From: Eledone cirrhosa
Lineage: Eukaryota
Assembly: GCA_964016885.1 (NCBI GenBank)
Contig: OZ024740.1
Location: 328,786,001 to 328,850,000, forward strand
Direction of reading: 5' to 3'
DNA: 64,000 bases
Shown: piece after piece, positions 14,920 through 28,387 of the stretch
Position numbering within the stretch: position 1 is the first letter of the stretch
Layout: each line of letters starts with the position of its first letter
The notes under the pieces: generated by a model
Database searches by the model: none
Seen by the model: only the letters and a program-made list of their open reading frames with translations
What the model was told of the DNA's origin: nothing
Position numbers and translations under genes: made by a program

Positions 14920-15101
14920 CAATTGTTTCTGCTTTTGGCACAAGGCCAGCAATTACCTCAGTGCATTACTGACACTTTATTTTATAGATCCCATAAGGAT
15001 CAAAGGCTAATTTAACCTCGGTGGTTATTTGAACTCAGAACGTAAAGGACGGTAACTCTATGCTGCAAAGAATGGCGTTCGACCCTCTACCTATACTGCC
15101 A
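14920..15101 (-). mobile_element. tRNA-type SINE copy
   Basis: Matches family tail, central domain and B-box on the minus strand. Confidence 0.85.
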
Positions 15102-15651
15102 AAACGATCTTCGTGGCCTTATATTTATTAGTAATAGCATTAACACAGCATGAACAGAGGAGGCCTATTTAGGGGCATATGCAATATTTTTATATATATA
15201 TGAACCATGCATAAATTTAGCTTTGGGTATTTTAATCTCTGATCATTGTCACATTTACCTCGGCAACCATGTGTCAACGCAAAATAGTAGTATTTCAGGA
15301 TTTTTATTCATTTTCAATGGCATTTACTCATTCATTTAGTTTTACGCCTCTATCATGAAAGTACTATTCGACACAATAGCAAAATATCTCAAGTTATTTG
15401 CCAGCAAATTATTGAACAGATCAAATCTATTTCAGCAAAAATTTAATTGCAGCTTGTTGAATCCTGTGATATTGTTAATATGATATTGTGATACGTATAT
15501 GACGAAATATTGAAGGATATATTTCTTTTCAGATAAACCCTTAGACAAGGTACGTATGATGCTGATATAATGCTGATAACAAATTAGAAGGCGTTTCTAA
15601 AAGAAATAATTTCCCACGTCATGCACTGGTAAAGTAAAAATCGCACCATGT

Positions 15652-15713
15652 GATAAAAACATACTGTGTAATCCTCAAACATACGTTTGAGGATTACACA
15701 GTATGTCTTTATC
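15652..15713. repeat. Near-perfect 29-bp inverted repeat with 4-nt loop
   Basis: gataaaaacatactgtgtaatcctcaaac-atac-gtttgaggattacacagtatgtctttatc, one mismatch. Confidence 0.9.
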
Positions 15714-16489
15714 TGAAAATATCTTCCTGCAAATCTGACAAATAATTTTTGGGGTTCAGATAGAAAGACTACAACGACTGGTGTTGCAAAGAAAGATCAG
15801 ATGATAAATATGTTGTGATGAGATCCATTTGACGACTTTCGAGCAATTGAAGCTCTTAAGATAGACAAAACGAGAATGCAGAAAACAGCAGAAGAAACAA
15901 TAGCAATTATAAGTCTCAGCTGCTGTATCATATCTTTGGAGCACAAACAGTCGCAGAACTGGGTGCAGAGCCGAGGATAGCGAAACAAATCCTTAGATCC
16001 AGATGTTGCCGACTAGGGTTTCCTCCAACGGCTATAACCCCCTAGTACCATTTATCATATTGAAACAATATGGAAAAGATAGCAGATAGCCAGAGCTGCG
16101 ACACTATCGAGGCTAGTGAAAAATAAAATAAAAAGAATAAAGTAAAACAAATGATAAAGTGAATAAGATGTGCAAGGGCGAACATGCAAGCGATAGACTG
16201 TTTAAAAACTAACTGAAGAGATTCTAAACTGTTATCTATTAACCACCAAGATGATCTGGGCCTTTTCGCATCCACACTGATACCTGATTTGCTCACAAGC
16301 GATTTACAGACCGAAAGGTTTGAGGACGTGGATATGGAGTGTATGTTAGCGGACAGTAGTCATAGTCGTGGGGTAACCTGGTCAAACTCTTATTCGGCTT
16401 CGTAATCATATGTAGATATGTTAACTATATTTATCTTACGTTGTATTATATCTGTGTGTTTATATATTAATTTCAAAACATTATACATC

Positions 16490-17830
16490 TTAATATAACG
16501 CATAATGTCTTTTGCTCCAACCATTCTGTTCCTTCCATAACTTTATATGTGCATCCCTATATTGTTTTGCAAAACAACTGTGCGCACATGGAAGGACTTT
16601 GGTGGCAAATATGATATTTGAACAGGCTGGTCTATGGTGGAAGAGTATGTCGTAACAAATGACTAAGGGTTTCTCAAATGTTTCAAGAAACTTTTTCAGA
16701 ATCCGTGCTTTTCCTAATATCTCTATTTTCCGAAGAAGTTCAGTGCCGATCTTAATTCCATATTTCGCAATCCATATTCTTATTATAGTTGTTACCATCC
16801 ACCTAGTCATCCACACCTCAACCGATTTCACGCGTCATATTTTGTAGAATTTTCTGTCTTCAGGATTTAGTACTGATCAAACTTTGCTATTTTCTTCTCA
16901 CATGCACCATTAGGCCCTGTTTCTTACGTGCAAACCAATATTATTTTCCTATTTTTTATACAGATTTTGTAGCATTCAACTGGTTATGAGGAGATAAATT
17001 CTGTCGACATCACTTTATGGATATAGTATATCACACAAGGTCATTGTCTTTCGTATATTAGTTTCTGTCCATTTTTTTTTTATTTAATCCGTTTGATAAT
17101 TCCGGCTCCATGCGAAACGGTCGATGGGCTTATTCCCATAATGGTGATATTCCCATTTAATCTGCTGTTTAGATCCACCTTCAAACTTCTAAAATATTCT
17201 CCTTGTAATGCCTGTTTCGTTCAATTTTCAAAGATAATATATTTCCAAATATGCCTAGATATTTATATTCACTGACTATGTAAGGCGATGCATTTCCCCT
17301 CCATAAAACCACTACACCACTTTTCCTGATCCCGAAATCCACCCCTATCTCTTTGCGGTGTAGATGAAGCGTTTACTACTGTATTTATTTACACTTTGCT
17401 CTTCTCCTACATCCCAAGATTATTCGAGAATAGTCCATGATTACTTTGACTGGTTTTCTCTAATTCATACGCTATATCCGATTTACATAATACCAGCTTT
17501 TTTGCTAGATTCCTCTCTTTATGTTATTTCAATCATTTCCAGTGGCTTTCCCGATGTAATTTCACACTTTACATTTTTCCTGCCACATTAGAATAATTCA
17601 GTATGAATTTTGCTCTTCAATTTGTTACTCCAATGTGTTTCATACATTATATTCTATATAGATGGGGAACCGAATTATACGTTTTCTTGTAATCTAATCA
17701 AATCTTTGCGATGATTGTTACATTCTTTGTGTTTTCTTACAATCTTTCAATAACAACTTGTCTATTAGGAGCTGTTCATCAATTCCTTTCCTACTACGAC
17801 GATTTTATTCTTCTAGCTTTTCCACTTCGC
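16490..17830 (-). pseudogene. Ancient, heavily degraded R4/Dong-like reverse transcriptase relic
   Basis: Hand translation across frameshifts gives, in the expected order, EQLLIDKLLLKDCKK, LDYKKTYNSVPH, NIKRGI*Q, NHGLFSNNL (HLxFxDDL), IGVDFGIRKSGVVV, YLGI, EYFRSLK..SRLNG..HGAGII, SDVDRIYL. Confidence 0.75.
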
Positions 17831-18009
17831 GTATTTAATACATAATGTATGTAATGATTTCAGTTAAATGTTTTGAAATCAAAGGGCGAAAATTACTGGA
17901 AATATTTCCCACCTGTGTGATAATACCAACCACTTAAAAGCTTTCTTCTGCCCTCATCAAAAGAGAAGTAACTTAGGAAAACCTTCCAGCTAACAACAGG
18001 GTCTGCGGC

Positions 18010-18210
18010 AACATCATCGACGACGACGACAACAACAACAACAACAATGGCAAAACGTGAACAACAACAGCAGCACCAAGACCGCTAGCAACACCATTCC
18101 TAAGAGCAGCCATAGTAGCATCAACAACAGCGGCAGCATGACTAGCACCAAGAACTCTAATATTAATAACAACATCACAACAGCAACAACACAACTACCA
18201 CCACCACTCA
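18010..18210. repeat. Degenerate (CAA/CAG/CAC)n low-complexity tract
   Basis: Direct reading. Confidence 0.8.
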
Positions 18211-19970
18211 CAAAAACAACGTCAATATATCAGAAAAAAGTGTATAGGCTTGGACCTATAATCGCAGTGAACGAAGTACGTCAGTTAGTTTACTAACCTC
18301 GTATCTCTCTCCCCACAACAAAAAATATCGGTAATAAATATATCACAAGTTCACTTAGTCTTGTGTATAATACATTACATAAATTTTGTGTTTATAATAG
18401 ATTATATCTTGGATTCGTTCCATTGTTTATTAATCGATTTCTTACGAATTGTATTTCGAATAGATTAAGTTTTCTATTTTGTTCACTCGTTGTTTATCAT
18501 TCAACTATCTTGCAAATAATATGAATATTGTGTGTAATATATATAGATTTCTTTTGATTATTAGCCATTACATACGTAGAGCGTAGGAGAAGATTCATCA
18601 TCATTATTATTAAGTTCAATAAAAAGTTGTTTTTTTGTTGTCTGTAGTAGACCTATCTTTTGAAACTTTGTGAGTTTCTGAAAAAAAATTCTAATTACTT
18701 TCTAAATTTGTTGTATTTTTTTCGCGACGTGTTTATATAGATATGAAAACTCTTATTCTGTGATTTTCTCTTGTTTACGGGAATAAATGACTTTAGACAC
18801 TGAAACGTTTGCCATCAGACTATTTTCGAAACAATATCTGTAGACAAATAATTTATGGGAGTCTCCTCTACCGCCACTAAGGTGACGAGAGGCGGAGGTT
18901 CCCCCAAAAGGGGTAGTAACAAAGATTCTACCAACATTCTATACATATAAACAAAATTGTAAACAAGAAAAAATATGACAGTATCAAAGGCGGAAACATT
19001 TGCATATCAGACATTAGCAATTTGACACACAAGCGTGGCAGCCAGAAATAATCGGCTAGCTTCAGAAATCATATAGAAGTATTTACCAAAGAACAGCAGT
19101 TCCGTGCCACAGTAATGCATCGAGGATGGGATCAGAAAGAAATAACATACACTTGTGTTACCAAAAATGGAGCCAGGGCTTTTGTTGGTCCATAATAATA
19201 GAGTAGAAGGAAGCCTCAGTTATTTTATAGAACGATGTCACTTCTATTATCCGGAGCAGGGCATGTATATAGTGTGATTCTGGTTTTCTTGTTGACTGTG
19301 ATATCTACAGGCGGAGATGGTGTACCACACACCATCCATAGGATGACATTACATTATATGGAGTGAAGAAATGAAAGGGTTTTGGAAAGAGACATTGGCA
19401 GTGAGGTTGACGCTTGACTCATCGTCAACCTTTTGATATAGAATGGGCAAATGGTGAGCGCAATGATAACACGAAACTATGCGGTCCAAGTTGGTCTGAA
19501 TAAGCAAGCAAGTACTAATGATCACCGATGATGACAAATCTACACCAGACTTGTACCTGTTTGTAATTGCACAAGGAAAACACGATCAGTCTAGTGCTGC
19601 AAGAAAAAAAACAAAACAATTACTATACTTGTGATAGTAAGATCCACTTGCAGGCATTTTCTCCCGAGGAGCTGGAGATGTAGACGAAGAAACAGCAGGA
19701 TATCCGAAAAACTCACCCCATCCGCAGTATCAGGAGCTGAAGACATGCTCTTTCAATAGCACAAAGCCATAGTCGAAGCATGATAGGAAGGAAATGAAAA
19801 GTGGAGCAGAACAGCAAACAACCCAATATTTCCCCATATTAAATATATAAGAAAGACGAGAGAAGATTTTGAGTTTGGAGAGCGCAACCAGACATAAGCA
19901 CACCTTAAACGATATTTTACCTCTTCACCAGTAAAGTACACAGATAGATTATTGCAAATGGCATAATAAT

Positions 19971-20159
19971 TGTTTCTATTTTAGGCACAAGGCCAGCAAT
20001 TACCCAGTACATTACTGCTACTTTATTTTATCGACCCCGTAAGGATGAAAGGCAAAGTTAACCTCGGCGGGATTTTGAACTCAGTTCGTGAAGCGGCGTA
20101 ACTCTATGCTGCAAAGCATCGCAACCCACCCTCTACTGATACATGCCAATCCACCGCCC
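19971..20159 (-). mobile_element. Full-length tRNA-type SINE with 18-bp TSD
   Basis: tgcaaatggcataataat at 19953-19970 and 20160-20177. Confidence 0.92.
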
Positions 20160-20864
20160 TGCAAATGGCATAATAATGAAGACATTCACATAGTAAAGGA
20201 AATATTTGCATAGGCAAGAAGCAAAACAAAAAAAAAAGATCCCTTCTCTGACCTCCCCCACCCCTCAAAAAAAAAAAGACCGAGGTTGAGAAAATTAGTG
20301 ATGTACTGTGTATGAAAGATAGGTTTATATTTTAGAAATTATATTTCTTCATTTCATTGGAAGAAAGTCTTCGCTCGAAATGACAAATCTAATCCACCCC
20401 TGTGTGTGTATGTCTTCTGTCTACAAAATTCCACCTGAAACTAAACTAGAAGACATATGCCCAAAGTATAGTAATATATGAGTCAACTTTGATACACATG
20501 GTAGTGTAACGAACTTCTTAACCACAGCTATGCTTGCACCTGTTTATATAAAATATAAATATACACAAATCAATAAATATATGAGGCAACTAAAATTCAG
20601 GTTTTCATTTCAAAAACGTTTATACTTGGAAGTCATGATTTTATAACAATTAAAAATATTGCACTGGATATATTGCATTGTATGATTAATCTTATATATA
20701 TTATACATGATGTTATACACACAAGCACACACACACATATTTACAAATATATATACATATAAATACAAACATATATATATATATATACACACACACACTC
20801 ATATATATATATATGTAAGTATATATATATATGTATATATATGTATATATACATGTATATACAT

Positions 20865-20933
<69 letters not shown>

Positions 20934-20980
20934 CGTGTGTGTGTATATGTATGTATATGTACATATATATGTGTATATAC

Positions 20981-21031
<51 letters not shown>

Positions 21032-21079
21032 GGGTTTATGTTTCATTTGATTCAAAACCCTCCAAATAAATAAAACCTC

Positions 21080-22184
21080 ACGCAAGGTGTTTGAAATTAT
21101 GCACCATTTTAAAGCATAGTTTATGTTTTTTCTGGTATGTAATTCAAATTTAATATAAATCGCACATTTCTACATTTTCAGATCTTTGAATTTAAGCTGT
21201 CAAAATAAAACTTTTATCAAATTTATTTCTAAGAATATGAACTCGGTGACTTAAAACGGCTAGAAAGATCAATACAATTTGGTTCCAAGGAGGTGGTAAT
21301 GAATATCGAATTAAACGTTGGTTTAAAAGGTTCCGTTCATTTTGCTATTGCTGAGGAAGAATTGAATGCTTTGATGGAAGCAAGTCATCGCACAACTGTT
21401 CGAGAACGCATAGGTAAGTTATATGTAACAATTATAAGAATATCCAAACATTTGAACTGAATTGGAAACTCGGAGACGCCAAACAATGGGTCCTACTCGA
21501 ATTTAACGAAAACCAGAAAAATCACCTTTACGAAGTTTGCTCTTGACTTTCGTGATTTTATAGTGACATGCGATGAAAAATGGATATTATACAGTAACCT
21601 ACGGTACTCAGCATAATGTTTGGATGGAAATGAAGCCCGTAAACAATTCCCAAAGACAAGCTTGCACTAAAAGAAGGTATGATGAAAGTATCATGGTCCC
21701 ATCCGGATTAATCCATTAGCGCTTTCTGAATTCTGGAAAAACTATCACAGCAGAGAAGTATTGCCATGGAATCGATAAAATCCTTAAAAATACTGCTACG
21801 TATGAGTTCAGAGAAAAACAAATCCCATAATATTGTACGAAAACGCTAGACTAAACACCGAATTGGGCTAAGAAGGTCTGCTTCTTCCAGCATACTCAAC
21901 AGATCATATGCCAACCGAATAATAATCAATTTCCCAAGCATTTTGACAACTTCCCACAGGGAAAAGTCTTCAACAACCAAATATTCGCCAAAAATACCTT
22001 GGAAGAAATCATCGTCTCCAGAACTGCAGAATTCTAGGTTACCGGACAAAAATAAGGTTGTATCTTGTTGGCAAAACTGTAAGGATTCTAGTGGGTTTAT
22101 GTCGATCAATAAAGTTTATTAACTGAGGTATGTTGTTTTATATTTAATATTTAAAACCTGCATTCATTTTTAAACAACTCGATA
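21080..22184 (+). mobile_element. Degenerate mariner (Tc1/mariner) transposon, transposase pseudogene
   Basis: Broken peptides QWVLLEFNENQK (WVPHEL), IVTCDEKWILYSN, KTITAEKYC and YSTDHMPTE (YSPDLxPxD); decayed terminal inverted repeats near 21085 and 22150-22184. Confidence 0.88.
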
Positions 22185-22249
22185 TCCATACACATGCACA
22201 CGCACACACGCACACACATGCACGCACACACACACACACATACACACTC

Positions 22250-22292
<43 letters not shown>

Positions 22293-22346
22293 CTGTATAT
22301 ATATAGTTATGTTCATTGTAGTGTATTTATATTGCATTCACATACT

Positions 22347-22389
<43 letters not shown>

Positions 22390-22392
<3 letters not shown>

Positions 22393-22568
22393 TGAGATTC
22401 TACAGGACTAGAACTGTTTCATTCTTTAGAAATCATCAAGAATCTAAATTTCTAAAGAATGAAACAGTTCTAGTCCTGTAGAATCTCATCTATATTAAAA
22501 CTTTTATACTCTGCAATGTATTGAGTACCTTACTTACTGTGGTTACCTCCATTCAACCCGGAATAACG
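22390..22568. mobile_element. Palindromic Penelope-pLTR-like cassette (44-bp perfect arms 22390-22433 and 22448-22491) with tail ending at (TA)n
   Basis: Arms read directly; contains an HHR motif; a degenerate relative lies at 23049-23200. Confidence 0.75.
22395..22445 (-). ncRNA. Type I hammerhead motif, C3U variant, GUA cleavage triplet
   Basis: Minus strand: agattc TTGATGA tttc-taaa-gaat GAA ACAG-ttctagtc-CTGT A gaatct; stems I and III pair fully. Confidence 0.7.
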
Positions 22569-22912
22569 TATATATATATATATATATATATATACATGAT
22601 TTCACTAATACGATAAACAATTGAGCAGAAATTATGAAAACTAATTCCTAGAGGGAACATACATACACACATCAGCTTACATACACAGAATACGAAAAGC
22701 AATAGAAGTGAATCCTTTGATATATAGTGACTGCCAAAATAATAAAGGTTATAAATATACCAAACACAAATGACAGCATTTATGATTTACACTTGAGCGT
22801 GAAGACATATTTGCCAAACAGTCAATATATTGAATTACATAGATACATAAACATATAACCGGGGAAGCAAAACACACAGACACACGCACACACGCGCACA
22901 CACACACGCACG

Positions 22913-23031
<119 letters not shown>

Positions 23032-23199
23032 ATATACAAGAGTTACTTCTACAGGACTGGAACTGTTCTATTCATATGATTTCATACGAATGAAACAGTT
23101 TTAGACCTGTAGGCCTCATTTCTATAAAAAAAAATAAAGATGTTTATACTGTACTTTCTTTAGTCGTGGTCATTTCCCGATCCCCTCCGCGAATCTATC

Positions 23200-23242
<43 letters not shown>

Positions 23243-23384
23243 TATATATATGTGTGTGAGTGTGTGCGTGTATGTGTGTTTCTGTATGTGCTTGGGGGGG
23301 GGGGGAGGGGGGGTATCTGTGCGTGTATATGTGAACATACATGTGAGTGCGCGCGTGTCTGTGCGACTGCAATACTTATTTTGT

Positions 23385-24449
23385 TTATAGAGAGATAGTT
23401 GTTTTTTTCTTACTGACCATATCGAAGTCTCTTTGTATTACAGCTGCCACTGCTTCCACTAAATCGCTCATTTCAATTTGTTCTCTGACATCTTCTGAAA
23501 CTAGTTCTTTTATCGCTTCTTCAAACTTCTTGATGTTGTTCTCATGCTTCGCTTCTTCATGCACTTCTTTGTACACACTGAATATGTCTGACAGCAAAAT
23601 GCCTATCATTAGAACATTCTTTAAAATAAAGATGGAAAATTTCTCATTGAATATGCCCCAAAGTACCAACCGTACACTGATAAATAATAAGTTGATTAAT
23701 ACAATCTGAATAACTTTCTGAGCGAAAACGAGACGTCGAAATATATTACTTGTGTGTGTGCGGCCTCGGTGAATAACCACACAAGGAAGTATTGGTAATG
23801 TCAGATTAATAACCACAATTCCCAACACAAGTCTGATGATATTTACGTGAAGGTGTTTCGCTCTTTCCTCTTCATAAAGTAACTCCATTAAGTCCATAGT
23901 ATCAAGCAGATCAATTGGTACCGTGGCTCCAACTTCGTGAATGAAATTTTTCATCTTATGGTTAGTTGATTTGTGTACATTTGACATGACCATAAAAAAG
24001 AAAATCAATGATGTGAAGCCAACTGCTGCCTGGCTAGTACTCATACTGGTTAATGTGTTCTCTTGCCACTTTAAATTTAACTTGGGGACTGATGTAAATA
24101 TTAGGACTATTTTTAAAGCGGTTACAGAACTGTAAATAAACCAGGCAAGTGGTCCCCATGGAAATAATTTCAGTTTATTCTTATTGCTTTCTAATTCAGC
24201 CATCGATTTCGTGTTCACCGCTTTCACAAGCATAAAGTAATAGTACGTTCTAATGAAATAAATGGCAAATAAAAATATGGCCAGGAAGTCTGGAAGCGAT
24301 AAACACCACCAGATATTGCTTTCTTTGTATTGGACCACAAGATAATCCATGTAAAGTGTTTGTGCAACGATCAGGAGAACGCAAAGCAGCCGGGTGGAAA
24401 TATGATAGAATGATTGCCAAAAGTGCAGACAGTTTTTTCGGGTTGTCAT
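23385..24449 (-). CDS. TMEM121/CECR6-family multi-pass membrane protein, 354 aa, single coding exon visible
   Basis: Intact non-repetitive ORF with about 6-7 hydrophobic helices; motifs PWGPLAWFIYS..K and IDLLDTMDLMELL resemble TMEM121-family signatures (recognised by eye); polypyrimidine tract plus AG acceptor 24 nt upstream. Confidence 0.85.
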   Translation of the reverse strand: MTTRKNCLHFWQSFYHISTRLLCVLLIVAQTLYMDYLVVQYKESNIWWCLSLPDFLAIFLFAIYFIRTYYYFMLVKAVNTKSMAELESNKNKLKLFPWGPLAWFIYSSVTALKIVLIFTSVPKLNLKWQENTLTSMSTSQAAVGFTSLIFFFMVMSNVHKSTNHKMKNFIHEVGATVPIDLLDTMDLMELLYEEERAKHLHVNIIRLVLGIVVINLTLPILPCVVIHRGRTHTSNIFRRLVFAQKVIQIVLINLLFISVRLVLWGIFNEKFSIFILKNVLMIGILLSDIFSVYKEVHEEAKHENNIKKFEEAIKELVSEDVREQIEMSDLVEAVAAVIQRDFDMVSKKKTTISL

Positions 24450-24473
24450 ATTACTTGCAGCATTAGATGGAAG

Positions 24474-24500
24474 CTATAATAAAGATAAAAAAAGATAATT
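24474..24500 (-). promoter_or_regulatory. Splice acceptor of the TMEM121-like exon
   Basis: Minus strand pyrimidine-rich run ending ttatctttattatAG|cttccatctaatgctgcaagtaatATG. Confidence 0.7.
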
Positions 24501-26318
24501 AAGAATATAGAATAAATTATGAGGTGAAGCAGAATAGAACGATATAAAACAAGGAAAAAAATAAGATATAAGAAGTAATGGATTGCTAATTATGTATAAT
24601 AGAGATGATTGTCTGGTTTTAGGATGCAAGATAAACAATACAATACTATTTAGACTGAAATCAAGATCAATTTACTTTTATAATAGGAGACATAGTGGAA
24701 GCTATTATATTATTGGTATTTATAATTGCCTCTACCCAGAAGGAAGAAAAGCAAAGATAATGACCGAAATATTTGCATTCACAAATATATGACACCAAAC
24801 CATTATACCATACACCATCACATTTCTCTCTCAACTATTTGTGTTACCCCCCTTACTCATCTCTACGCATATCAATAACTACAAGAATAATTGCAACAAC
24901 TTCTACTACTAAGGATGATTTTTAATATTGGAACAAGGTCATACAGTTTTCAGACGGATTAAAAAGAAAGATCTTTCCGCGAAAATAACTAACTAAATAC
25001 AGCCGAAAACTTAGTAAGGATATCGGTTCTACCATCCAAAAATCGTGTCTAATATTTGCTAAAGAGTTTGATATATTTAATAAATGAAAACTATGTGGAG
25101 ACTCGTGCGGAGACTCGTGTGAAGAATAGTTCTTCTTTGGGAATGTTTGACTTAATCCAACGGCTGATATAACTTCATCCCATGGCCCTTGAATAACCAC
25201 CAGTATGTTGCAAGAAGTGGTCCAAGTCTCAGGTTTGAGGATAATCTTCTCCATTTTTCAGTTTTCTTTTCCCGGCATGTCTGACTTGGCGATAAGGTCA
25301 CAGTAAAATGGAGTTAGCTTCACGATGCTTGGTCGTAGGCATTTCGCAATTTTTGTCACTAATATTTCTAAAATAAGTGTTGCATCATTTCACTTAATCA
25401 AAGAAACCAACTTAAATGCTATATTGTAATAGACGCCCATTGGAAGATTTCCCTTCGTTTAAATGTCAGAAATGTTTGGAAGCATTTGCTAGCTTATCTG
25501 TATTATATTATCTCTGAATGTTAGTCATTCCGATTCTCATATTCCATATTTCTGGTAAAAACATCATTTTAATCCTTTTCAGATTCCTTTCTTGAATGTA
25601 AATTTAAGAACTCTCACCGGATTATATACACTATGATCGTGTCTGGAACACTTTTGATATTATATGTCTGCTCGATCATGTCTGACCGAGGGCTAAGCAA
25701 CAAAAATGCTATTAAGGCACAATGGATTTGAACACTGAGTGTGTGTTTTTAGTACGAGGATGCAAAGTTGTTGCACACGAGAAATATTAACTGTCCCATT
25801 CAAATAAAGATTAATATAGCGTGAGGAGTGATTATGTCCGCTTGGTTGAATAAGAAAACAGAGAATGTATTAATGCAAGGTGAATGAATGTGCCATACAT
25901 TATGTCTTAACTTTAACATTGGAGAAAAGTAGATCTTTTAAACGATAGTAACGGGAGTGTAACGGAATAAATGTCGTACAATATTTAGTTTCATCCCAGC
26001 ACACCACACGATTATCAAATTCCAATATATTGATTTCACCTTTTCTCCTGCATGGTTTATATCGTAGCTACCCGTTATATACTAGGTGAATTCAATCGGC
26101 TATATGGACTTAATAAAAACAGGCTTTACGCCTAATCAAAATAAATCAAGGAAGAAATTGGCTAAAAAATAAGTAAATCTATTGAGATATACGAGACATT
26201 TCTGATATGATTTATTACTACAGTGGTTAAAACTGATAGCTTATTTGCTTTATATTATATTTAATATGTTATATTATTTTATTTACACAATGTTTCAATC
26301 GATGCGCACACACACAAA

Positions 26319-26372
<54 letters not shown>

Positions 26373-26421
26373 CATAATCATATAATATAGTGTAATAAAA
26401 ATATTATACATACATTCATAC

Positions 26422-26469
<48 letters not shown>

Positions 26470-26526
26470 TTATATATATATATATATACATACATATTTA
26501 CATATATTTATATATGTACACACACA

Positions 26527-26632
<106 letters not shown>

Positions 26633-26710
26633 CATATATATATATATATGTACACACACACACACATATATATATATAGGTATTTACATATATATATATA
26701 TGTGCATATT

Positions 26711-26756
<46 letters not shown>

Positions 26757-26935
26757 AATATGCACACGTTATATATACATACACACACATATATACATAT
26801 ACATATATACGTATGGATTATATCGAACATTAAGAATAATGTTCGATTCGTTCGTAAACAAACAGCCTGATTTTGTTCAATACTAGCTTTGTATATACAT
26901 ACAAAGCAAAGTGTGTATGTATATAAACACAAACA

Positions 26936-27039
<104 letters not shown>

Positions 27040-27040
27040 T

Positions 27041-27710
27041 AAATGGAATAGAATGAAACGAAATTTCATTTCTCACTCTTAGCACGGCACTTACTTAAAT
27101 GTAATTATGTATGTATGTATACGTACATACATATATGTATACAGACGTACAGTAGTATGTATATACATACATGCACACATATATATATATATGCACGTAT
27201 CGGTCTACCGAACATTTATTATGATGCTCCGTTTGTTTTTTTGTAAACAAACAAACAGCCCGAATTACGCCGTACAGTGTTTAGGCAACCATTTCATGTT
27301 TTTGTTCAACACTGACACAGGAACGATGTGCTAGTTTCAAGCTTATTAGCTATCGTCAGCATCGTATACCTTCCTGCCAGATGGTTGAACGTCTGAAAGT
27401 ATATACTTTCCTTATGCATATTAACGGCTGAGCCGCCTAATTTGCATATCGTGTGAGTTCAGTCGGCCGGGGGTACCGAAACGATAAATGGAATAGAATG
27501 AAACGAAATTTCATTTCTCACTCTTAGTACGGCACTTACTTAAACTAGTACATCGTTGCTGTGTCAGTGTTGAAGAAAAAGGTGACGTGGTTGCCTAAAC
27601 ACTGTACAGCGTAATTCGGGCTGTTTGTTTGTTTACAAGCAAACAAACCGAGCATTATAATAAATGTTCGGTAAACCGATTCGTGCATATATATGTGTGC
27701 ATGTATGTAT

Positions 27711-27720
<10 letters not shown>
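27041..27720 (-). mobile_element. Terminally redundant 445-nt HHR-containing unit followed by an inverted partial copy
   Basis: 27041-27099 repeated at 27486-27544; 27545-27720 is the reverse complement of about 27170-27334; another family member at 49385-49740. Confidence 0.75.
27323..27365 (-). ncRNA. Type I hammerhead motif, canonical CUGACGA core, cleavage triplet mutated (GCA)
   Basis: acgatg CTGACGA t-agct-aata-agct-t GAA ACTAGC A catcgt. Confidence 0.75.
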
Positions 27721-27744
<24 letters not shown>

Positions 27745-27871
27745 GTGAAGACAAACATAGAATATTCGAAAATATTCTGTATGTTTATAATAAACATTTT
27801 GAAGACCTAATCGCTATAGAATAGAATACATCACGTATTACAATTTGAGATTCTCGATAAAAGCAAGGGAA

Positions 27872-27914
27872 GTAACCTACGCGTTTCATTCTTATTAGAA
27901 ATCATAAGGATTAC
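27872..27914 (-). ncRNA. Minimal hammerhead motif, CUUAUGA core, palindromic stem III (ACGCGU), GUA triplet
   Basis: gtaatc CTTATGA tttc-taataa-gaat GAA ACGCGT A ggttac; stem I extended by a 14-bp inverted repeat tctcgataaaagca/tgcttttatcgaga. Confidence 0.65.
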
Positions 27915-27988
27915 ATATCCAGTGCTTTTATCGAGAATGACACAGCTAGAGACTTATAGAATACTTAGCTGTCGGGGTCTTACTGGTT

Positions 27989-28038
<50 letters not shown>

Positions 28039-28067
28039 ATTACTTAGTACCTGTGGGTATATTAACC

Positions 28068-28169
<102 letters not shown>

Positions 28170-28223
28170 TACTGTACGTCTGTATACATATATGTATGTA
28201 CGTATACATACATACATATTTAC

Positions 28224-28293
<70 letters not shown>

Positions 28294-28322
28294 GGTTAAT
28301 ATACCCACAGGTACTAAGTAAT

Positions 28323-28384
<62 letters not shown>

Positions 28385-28387
<3 letters not shown>

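Noticed and set aside
18880-19950. Coding-like, slightly GC-richer stretch
   Set aside because: Stops in the frames I tried and no family motif I could name; possibly an old TE
24920-25450. 110-aa ORF upstream of the TMEM121-like exon
   Set aside because: No recognisable domain or clear splice partner; may be a decayed transposon
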